DNA of 30,242 bases. It comes from a virus (Duplodnaviria; Caudoviricetes). This document shows, one piece after another, positions 1-7,034 of the stretch. Every line of letters starts with the position of its first letter. Within the stretch, counting starts at the first letter, position 1. The notes beneath the pieces are model-generated. The model was not told the DNA's origin. It did no database searches and was given only the letters and a program-made list of their open reading frames with translations. The stretch is taken from IMG/VR virus record IMGVR_UViG_3300036453_000035, positions 1-30,242 of that record; one strand, written 5' to 3'. The translations under genes were made by a program, and so were the position numbers.

Positions 1-51
1 ACCAGCAACTCCAAGTAAAGTTGCGAAACCAATAAATTTTCTACGTACCAT
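1..51 (-). CDS. 5' end of a host gene running off the window; N-terminus resembles a twin-arginine (Tat) signal peptide
   Basis: Reverse complement of 51..1 reads MVRRKFIGFATLLGVAG (RRxF followed by a hydrophobic stretch); only 17 codons are visible. Confidence 0.55.
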   Translation of the reverse strand, partial: MVRRKFIGFATLLGVAG

Positions 52-353
52 CAATTTATTTTTTTAAAAGGTAAATATCGAAATTTAAAAAAGAAAAAAG
101 AAAAATAACTCTTTTTATTTGTTGGAACAGATTCGCATAAAAAAGGTTACGGGTTTGTGTCTTGAAACCTTTTCTAAAGTTACTCTATTTTCATGGTCTT
201 GTTTTGTAGGAAGCATTCTACCGCGGTTGTTGCGAGTTTCTTCTTTTTAGCCCTAGCGAAGATCTTTAAAAAATCCAGTAGAAAAAGAGGTTATCAGGAG
301 AGAATTTAGTTATTTTGAAAGCAATCATTAAGATGATGTCAAAAACACTGCAA

Positions 354-686
354 ATGAAAATAATTGATAAGCTCGCTTGGATTGAAATTAAAAACAATAA
401 AATTCTATCCACAAAATCTTTTGGCAAAGATAAATATTATATTCCTGGAGGTAAAAGAGAAAACTTTGAGACTGACGAACAGGCGTTATGTCGTGAAATA
501 AAAGAAGAATTGAGTGTAGTGTTAATCGCAGATACGCTAAAATTTATTGGCGTATTTCAAGCACAAGCACATGGGCATTCTGAAGACACGATTGTCAAAA
601 TGACTTGTTATTCCGATAAAGATAAAATATCAGAGGTCGATAAGTTAATTTTTGATTTTTTGAAAGAACGCAATATGTTGGAATAA
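354..686 (+). CDS. NUDIX hydrolase (host gene, possibly internally deleted)
   Basis: Nudix box GGKRENFETDEQALCREIKEEL. ATG at 354 (MKIIDKLAW) is a more plausible start than the TTG at 315. Confidence 0.85.
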   Translation: MKIIDKLAWIEIKNNKILSTKSFGKDKYYIPGGKRENFETDEQALCREIKEELSVVLIADTLKFIGVFQAQAHGHSEDTIVKMTCYSDKDKISEVDKLIFDFLKERNMLE

Positions 687-732
687 ACAATTATGTAGAA
701 AATAAATAGGAGTTCTATTATGAAAGCAAACT

Positions 733-785
733 CTTTAAAACAAAAAAGACCTTACATTGCTGTAAAGTCTTTTTAAAAAGCTCCC
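733..785. repeat. 53-bp copy of the tRNA-downstream terminator plus tRNA 3' terminus; left boundary of the island
   Basis: ctttaaaacaaaaaagaccttacattgctgtaaagtctttttaaaaagctccc matches 30165-30217 at 51/53 positions; both mismatches lie in the hairpin loop. Confidence 0.95.
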
Positions 786-920
786 CTAGATATTGTGTTA
801 TCGAACCAATTCAAGCATGATTTAATGAGATTATATGTTTTAAGCAAAGAGATTCAAAATAATTATGACTTTGTGTTTTAGTAATGAAATATTCATAGTT
901 TTACTAAAACTTATTCAAGT

Positions 921-1913
921 ATGGTTAATGAAGAATTATTGGAAAAATACATAAAGCAGTTAAAGAGTCTTAATCGAGCATCGCATAAAATAATGGGGAA
1001 AGCTCCACATAAACCAATTCTATTATTGTCGATATTGCAATTAATTAAAAAGGGAGATATACAGACGAATAGAATATATATTACAGGCGAGTTGGTTATC
1101 GCTTTTAAGAGTAATTGGAACCGATTAGTCGAAACAAACCATTTATCAAATTTCTCATTACCTTTTTTTCATTTGAATAGTGAACCATTCTGGCGGTTAG
1201 TTTTTATAAATGGGATTAGTAATGGTCATGGTGAAATAAAAAGTATAAGCAGTTTTAAGAGCCTTAAGAATAATATCGCTTTCGCTGAAATAGACAAAGA
1301 TTTATTTAATCTATTGTTAAATCCAGTATCAAATACCATGATTGAGAATTTTTTATTAAATAATTATTTTCCTTCATCAAAAGAGAATTATCAAGTAGTA
1401 GAGATTTTGGGTAAGTATGACATTGAGAGAATAATAGAAGAGCAAATTGTTAACGATACAAAGGAAGAATATCAGAGCTTAATGAATGAAAATCTAAAGA
1501 AATTATCCGAAGATGAGATTGAAGAAGATAGATTTATTAGGGGAAGCATTTTTAAAAGAGAGGTTCCTAAAATTTATAAGTATCAATGTTGTATATCTGG
1601 AATGCGAATCGAATCATCTAAAAATGCCCAAATGATTGATGCTTGTCATGTGATTCCATTTTGTATCTCGAATGATGATACTTTACCAAACGGTATCTCA
1701 TTATCTCCAAATTTACATAGAGCTTACGATAGAGGATTAATCACAATCAATGAGGACTATATTGTTAGGATTTCGCCAACAATAAAGGAAAATGATTCGC
1801 CATTTTCGATTTCGCAATTTGCTGGGATTAGAATTTTTTTACCAGATGACAGTAAAAATTACCCTTCGCCAGAAAATCTCATGTGGCATAAAAAAGAAGT
1901 TTTTGTGTTTTAG
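921..1913 (+). CDS. SBD-HNH type IV (putative phosphorothioate-dependent) restriction endonuclease
   Basis: N-terminal KAPHKPILLLSIL ... LPFFHLNSEPFWRL (sulfur-binding-domain-like); C-terminal HNH_2 CCISG...IDACHVIPF...NGISLSPNLHRAYDRG. Confidence 0.8.
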   Translation: MVNEELLEKYIKQLKSLNRASHKIMGKAPHKPILLLSILQLIKKGDIQTNRIYITGELVIAFKSNWNRLVETNHLSNFSLPFFHLNSEPFWRLVFINGISNGHGEIKSISSFKSLKNNIAFAEIDKDLFNLLLNPVSNTMIENFLLNNYFPSSKENYQVVEILGKYDIERIIEEQIVNDTKEEYQSLMNENLKKLSEDEIEEDRFIRGSIFKREVPKIYKYQCCISGMRIESSKNAQMIDACHVIPFCISNDDTLPNGISLSPNLHRAYDRGLITINEDYIVRISPTIKENDSPFSISQFAGIRIFLPDDSKNYPSPENLMWHKKEVFVF

Positions 1914-2330
1914 GTACTATTACTAGCCCTGTGGACATCCTTTTTGTTCTTTATTACTTCATAAGCTCACCTCGTAGTTATGTATTAACAATACGATAAC
2001 TGGCTAATCAGTAACCTATTACCTTTTTTCCCTTTGATTTGTTAATGTTTTTTTAGTTTAGTTACTTACCCAGATATAAATATCACCTCAACCATAGTAA
2101 AGGGTATGATACTTTAAGCGAATTTTCAGAGTATTTCTTTTAAATATTTTTAGCTGTGTCACTTTGGAACACAAATAAAAACAACCATTTAAAAAAAATC
2201 ATAGAAAATGTGCCAATAAGCTACACTTTTGAGAATTCCTTAGTATTTATATGATAGATGCTTGACTAATAATCTCCTTGTATGGGGTTCTTGTATCAAT
2301 AAATAACGATATACTAACAATTAATAAAAA

Positions 2331-2978
2331 ATGAAATATGAAAATTTAAAGGAATTTATAACTAGTACAAAAAGTAGTAAAAGTACAATTTACAGGTTTT
2401 ACAAAAAAAATATAGAGCTCTTTGATGAAACAAAGTTGAAAAGTGGGAAGAGATTTTTTCCAGTTAACCATGCTAGATATTTTGATTCTGAAATCATGTT
2501 TGACGAAAACAAGATATTGAGACAAGAGAATCAATCCATGAAAAATTTGATTGACTGTTGTCTAATCGATAAAGGGAGTTTGCAGTTCAGAATATGGCAA
2601 TTGGATTGGTCATTTTTTATCACGGTAGCTTATAAAGCGGAGAGAAACAAAAAGAGTTGTTTTAAGCAAATGCACGGCTTATACGAACACCTAGAGAAAA
2701 AATATGGCAACGCTACCGCTTTACGATTATTTTTCACCAGTGAGCCATTTACCAATAGAATAGGTTACCACAATCATTTGGTTCTAGATATAGCAAATAA
2801 AAAACTCCATCAAGAAATTATTTCCGAAGTACAAAACTATTTTAGTTATGACCGTGTAGACATAGATATTTACGACCCATACAAAGCGGGTGTATTTTAC
2901 ATGACTAAAGAAGGGACCATGACAGAGGATTGGGATATTTTAGGAAATAATTTAAAGGCTAATACTTGTTTAGGGTGA
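2331..2978 (+). CDS. HUH endonuclease / rolling-circle replication initiator-like protein
   Basis: Ordered RCR motifs I FFITVAY, II YHNHLVL, III FYMTKE; N-terminal HTH-like SKSTIYRF. Confidence 0.65.
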   Translation: MKYENLKEFITSTKSSKSTIYRFYKKNIELFDETKLKSGKRFFPVNHARYFDSEIMFDENKILRQENQSMKNLIDCCLIDKGSLQFRIWQLDWSFFITVAYKAERNKKSCFKQMHGLYEHLEKKYGNATALRLFFTSEPFTNRIGYHNHLVLDIANKKLHQEIISEVQNYFSYDRVDIDIYDPYKAGVFYMTKEGTMTEDWDILGNNLKANTCLG

Positions 2979-3091
2979 AGATAAAAGTAACTAAGCGACA
3001 ATTCCAATTATTACTAAGTAATTTTAATGTTTTAAGAGAAAAAGGGTTGTCATTACATATAAAGGGGTCATTGGAAAATAAAATATCCTAA
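2975..3091 (+). CDS. Possible 38-aa small protein coupled to the Rep-like gene
   Basis: GTG overlaps the TGA of the upstream gene (GTGA); reads VKIKVTKRQFQLLLSNFNVLREKGLSLHIKGSLENKIS and precedes a terminator. Confidence 0.3.
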   Translation: MKIKVTKRQFQLLLSNFNVLREKGLSLHIKGSLENKIS

Positions 3092-3119
3092 AGAATCAAA
3101 ATAGTTTTTTTTAAAGAAT

Positions 3120-3146
3120 ACGAGGTCTAAAAACCCTCGTTTTTTT
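3120..3146 (+). terminator. Intrinsic terminator after the rep operon
   Basis: acgagg-N9-cctcgt followed by a T run. Confidence 0.6.
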
Positions 3147-3228
3147 ATGCTTAAAAAATTATAAATACTTGTACACCAGGAAAGCCAAGGTTTTTCTAGG
3201 ATATTCCAAAAAAGCCTGGAATCTTTGT

Positions 3229-3270
3229 GGTGTAATAAATCACTAACGGACGATTAAGATTTATTACACC
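3229..3270. promoter_or_regulatory. 13-bp perfect inverted repeat; candidate res/operator site of the resolvase
   Basis: ggtgtaataaatc-N16-gatttattacacc, 13 bp upstream of the resolvase ATG. Confidence 0.6.
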
Positions 3271-3283
3271 TAAAATCAGAGAT

Positions 3284-3961
3284 ATGAAAAAGTTTGTAGC
3301 ATATTAGAGGGTGAGCAAAAAAGAACAAGGAATTAGCGGTTTAGGATTGTCCGCTCAACGAAGTTCAGTATTAAAATATGTTGATTTACAAGAAGGAATA
3401 ATCATTGAGCAGTTTACTGAAGTTGAGACTGGGACAAACAAAAGAGGGCGTATCGAAATCCATAAAGCGATTAAAATGGCAAAAAATGAAGGTGCTATTT
3501 TGGTAATCGCAAAGCTGGACAGATTGGCGAGAAACGTAAATTTTGTTAGCTCTCTAATGGATGCTGGAATTGAATTTTTAGCTGTGGATATGCCTTCAGC
3601 CAATAACTTTACAGTTCATATTTTTAGTGCCATGGCTGAACAAGAGGCAAAGTTAATCAGCACCCGAACTAAACAGGCTCTGGCCGAACTAAAGAAAAAA
3701 GGTGTAGTACTTGGCACCCCTAAGAATCTTAATGATGATGCTAGAGCCAAAGGACTTAAAAAGATTAAGGAAAATGCGGCTAATAATGACAAGAACAGAC
3801 AAGCACAGTATGTTATTCTTAATTGCAAAGAAAAGGGAATGAGTTATCGACAAATTGCAGAACACCTCAATTACTTAAATTTTAAGACTCGATATGGTAA
3901 CCAGTTTATGGCACCAACCGTACATCAGTTGTATACTAAAACACTCTTAAAAAAAGTGTAG
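3284..3961 (+). pseudogene. Small serine resolvase/invertase-family recombinase with a premature TAG at codon 8
   Basis: ATG 3284 reads MKKFVAY*RVSKKEQGISGLGL; downstream AKLDRLARN motif and C-terminal HTH (GMSYRQIAEHLN) are intact. Confidence 0.85.
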
Positions 3962-4339
3962 TATAAAATAAAGTTGAAACTTTACAAATTTATAAGTTGT
4001 TTTGTATAAGGTTGACCTAAAGGTAAAAACTGATTCACAAATCAGCTCATAAATACAACTTACTCAAACACCTTGAGGGCAGTTAAACTGTTATTCGGAT
4101 AAGTTTTTCACTTTTTTGTAAAAAAGTGGTATTGACAAATTACATCACAAATTTTATTAAAGAGCTTTATTAAAGCTCAAAACTGTATTGCTATTTCCAT
4201 TCATTTAAAAGGGTCGAAACTATAGTTAATACTTAATGGTACAAATTATTCTTGTTGAATAATTTGTCGTGGTCAATATGGCCATAAAAATAATCTTCCA
4301 GTAAAAAAAGAAGGAAGAAGGGGTTAATAGATTAATATA

Positions 4340-4471
4340 ATGTTAAGCATAACGGAATGTAAAAATATTTTAAACAAAAAAGGGGTTTCTTATAACGATG
4401 AAGAAATAAAAATAATAAGAGAGGCATTATACAAAATCGCAGAGATTATGTACAGCCAAAAAAATAATTAA
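4340..4471 (+). CDS. 43-aa small protein immediately upstream of the large serine recombinase
   Basis: MLSITECKNILNKKGVSYNDEEIKIIREALYKIAEIMYSQKNN; ends 20 bp before the LSR start. Resembles small ORFs I recall preceding Bacteroidota LSRs. Confidence 0.65.
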   Translation: MLSITECKNILNKKGVSYNDEEIKIIREALYKIAEIMYSQKNN

Positions 4472-4491
4472 AAATTAAAAAACAAAACAAA

Positions 4492-6111
4492 ATGACAAAA
4501 ATTAATGTAATCACTTACGGAAGAGTAAGTACGGAAGAGCAAAAAGAAAATGGGTTTAGTCTAAATCACCAAGAAGAAATGCTGAAAAGATATTGCGATA
4601 TTAAAGGATATAATATTCTTAAACACTATGTTGAGGATTATTCGGCAAAAACTTTTAACCGCCCAGAATGGAAAATGTTAATGGATTATGTTAAAAAAAA
4701 TAGAAATTCTATTGACATGATTTTGTTTACAAAATGGGATAGGTTCTCTAGGAATGCAGACGCGGCAACGGCTGTAATAAAAGAGTTAATAAAAATGGGA
4801 ATAATAGTAAATGCAATTGAACAGCCATTGGATATGACAGTCCCAGAAAACAAGTTAATATTATCAATGTATCTTCTCATGCCCGAAATAGAAAACGATA
4901 AAATTGCTGAAAGGACAAAAGACGGAATGCGTAGAGCAAAAAAAGAGGGTTGCTACATGGGTAAAGGACCGTTTGGTTACTCTAACGCTAAGATTTTGGA
5001 GAAAACCTCTATAGAGCAAAATTCAGATTCTGCGATAGTGCTGAAAGCATTTAAAGAAGTAGCGAAAGGTCTAGAGTCAGTTGAGGTAATAAGGAAAAAA
5101 TTTAAGGTGGAGTATGGGTTAAAACTTGAAAAGCAACAATTTTATAATATGCTTAGAAATGTAACCTATTGTGGTTTGATAATAATTCCAGAGTATAAGA
5201 AGGAGAAAGAGGAAATCATAAAAGCACTACATGAACCCATAGTCGATATTGAGTTATTTAAAGAGGTTCAAAATGTCATAAATGGCAGAAAGAACCATGA
5301 TGCCAAATTCCCTACTAGTATAAACGATTTATTCCCCTTAAGAGGGAATTTCGTTTGCCCTAACTGCGGGAAACAAATAACCGCCAGTAAATCTAAAGGG
5401 AATGGTGGTCACTACGAATATTACCATTGTAAATCTACTTGTAGAATTAGATTGAAAAAGGAAGTGGTGCATGAAAGGGTACAAACATTATTAAATAATA
5501 TGACATTAAACAACAATGTAAAAGAATTGTTTAAAGGCGTTTTAAGCGACCATATACAATCGAACAATATTGACGCAGAAACACGTGTAAAAGAGCTTAA
5601 AAAAGAACAGGAATCAATCAAAATAATGCTTGAACGAGTAGAGGATAAGTATATGGATAATGGGTTAACCTCAGAAGATTATAATAAGATTAAAAATCGA
5701 TACAATGAGAAGATTACCGAAATACAAAACCGTATTGAAATACTAAGCGATAGAGATAAAGATTTAAAGAAGTATGTTAGTGATTCAGTTAATTTATTGT
5801 CGCAGTTGGGAAATGTGTTCAACCAGTTGCAAAATAAGGAAAAAGGTTCTTTTTTAAGGGTTATATACCCAGAAAACATAATACTAGAAAAAGAGTGTTT
5901 TCGAACCAATTCGGAGAATGTAATTGTAGAGCTTACTACTAGAATTTACGGTAGTTCGCAAAGTATAGAAATGAAAAAAGCCACTCCGAAGAATGGCTTT
6001 TCCACTTTAGCTCCCTCTCTTGGGCTCGAACCAAGGAGTTTTACTAGCATTAAAATCAAGACTTTACGTTATTTTACTTTTTTATGTTACCGAATTGTAT
6101 GCCTTTTTTAA
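4492..6111 (+). CDS. Large serine recombinase (integrase); integrated-state C-terminus reads through the att/tRNA fragment
   Basis: YGRVST catalytic motif, KWDRFSRN, GKGPFGY recombinase domain, zinc ribbon CPNCG...YYHC...C, coiled coil. Confidence 0.95.
   Translation: MTKINVITYGRVSTEEQKENGFSLNHQEEMLKRYCDIKGYNILKHYVEDYSAKTFNRPEWKMLMDYVKKNRNSIDMILFTKWDRFSRNADAATAVIKELIKMGIIVNAIEQPLDMTVPENKLILSMYLLMPEIENDKIAERTKDGMRRAKKEGCYMGKGPFGYSNAKILEKTSIEQNSDSAIVLKAFKEVAKGLESVEVIRKKFKVEYGLKLEKQQFYNMLRNVTYCGLIIIPEYKKEKEEIIKALHEPIVDIELFKEVQNVINGRKNHDAKFPTSINDLFPLRGNFVCPNCGKQITASKSKGNGGHYEYYHCKSTCRIRLKKEVVHERVQTLLNNMTLNNNVKELFKGVLSDHIQSNNIDAETRVKELKKEQESIKIMLERVEDKYMDNGLTSEDYNKIKNRYNEKITEIQNRIEILSDRDKDLKKYVSDSVNLLSQLGNVFNQLQNKEKGSFLRVIYPENIILEKECFRTNSENVIVELTTRIYGSSQSIEMKKATPKNGFSTLAPSLGLEPRSFTSIKIKTLRYFTFLCYRIVCLF
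5974..6001 (-). terminator. Minus-strand intrinsic terminator inside the LSR gene, just downstream of the tRNA 3' fragment
   Basis: Minus strand AAAAGCCATTC-TTCG-GAGTGGC-TTTTTT (cUUCGg tetraloop plus U6 tail). Confidence 0.75.
6009..6037. repeat. 29-bp duplicated tRNA 3' end (att site shared by elements A and B)
   Basis: agctccctctcttgggctcgaaccaagga is identical to 30211-30239. Confidence 0.97.
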
Positions 6112-6788
6112 TATTTTATTTTAAACACGAGTCATTTTTTCATTGTAAGAGTGTAAAAGTATTTGTTTTTTCTTGAATAAAAAACTCTTTTTAAATGGAT
6201 AGGGTTATCAAAGTAATTTGCTTATCTGTTGTAATTGTGAAACTGACTTTATTCATAGTTGAATTAGGTAACGTGCTAAGATTTGAGATTAACCAATGGT
6301 GGCTAAAAGTTTTCTGGCTTTTTGTAAATGAAATGAATTGTCTACCTCTATAGAGCTATCTTTAGTATGATTATTTTTATCAAAATGAGGAAAACCGTAA
6401 GGTTGTATGTTTTTATAGTAATATTTTTGAAATAAATAGTAGAAAATAAATTCTCTTTTTTACAAATGAATTATTTTTTTATTCCAATAATAATGGTTTT
6501 ACCTTCATGATCCATTGATAGATTTTAAGTCAAAATACAAACAAAAAATGATAAAATTTTTAATAAAATCTAGGCTTCTATGCTACGAGAAGCTATGATA
6601 AGAGGGGGCAATGGAATTGCTTTTATATTGGTTTAGATAGGTAAAACACTACGACAAGGCAATCCTTGCGATCTTCGTCACCTCAGGTCCTGAGAACAAG
6701 TTCATACTAGATACAATCATTATTAACGAATGAACAGCTTATCTTACTGGTTAACTGTCCTGAAAATATTGTTACTAGCATAGAAGAA

Positions 6789-7028
6789 ATGGGAAGACAA
6801 CTGGAAGATTGCTTAAGTAATATCTCTAACATCGTTTGTAAAACTGACTTTAATAAATTTGAAAAAGTGGATAAAGTGATTGAAGCAATAGCAAGAATGT
6901 TTTACGAAATAAACTTTATACAGTCAAGTACTGACAGTTGGAATGATAAATGCGGGTTAACTAAAAAAGTAGTAAGTTTACTACCATTAATAAATAACTC
7001 ATTATGTGCCATTGGTAAAAGAAAATAA
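6789..7028 (+). CDS. Hypothetical 79-aa protein or gene remnant
   Basis: Ends 6 bp before the 1085-aa gene; the frame is open ~26 codons upstream of the ATG to a TAG; no motif recognised. Confidence 0.35.
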   Translation: MGRQLEDCLSNISNIVCKTDFNKFEKVDKVIEAIARMFYEINFIQSSTDSWNDKCGLTKKVVSLLPLINNSLCAIGKRK

Positions 7029-7034
7029 GTAATA

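Larger units (their letters stand above)
779..6015. mobile_element. Element A: ~5.2-kb serine-recombinase integrative element with an HUH Rep-like gene
   Basis: Flanked by the 7-bp core agctccc (779-785 and 6009-6015). Removing it restores a contiguous terminator + tRNA 3' end matching 30165-30239. Encodes an LSR, a resolvase and a Rep-like protein. Confidence 0.88.

Noticed and set aside
801-809. tcgaaccaa as an extension of the tRNA repeat at the left junction
   Set aside because: It matches the T-loop 9-mer but at different spacing from the core (15 vs 10 nt); it may be a recombinase half-site similarity but cannot be called part of the duplication
3305-3307. Amber (TAG) recoding or alternative genetic code
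   Set aside because: Other genes, including this one, end at TAG (1913, 3961, 17302) and long ORFs have no internal TAG; a point nonsense mutation is simpler
6009-6037. A second tRNA gene
   Set aside because: Only the T-arm and acceptor 3' strand are present; similarity stops at 6037, so it is an att remnant
6112-6788. Additional gene in the left end of element B
   Set aside because: Only short stop-interrupted frames (e.g. MELLLYWFR*VKHYDK...); possibly a decayed gene, but no family recognisable
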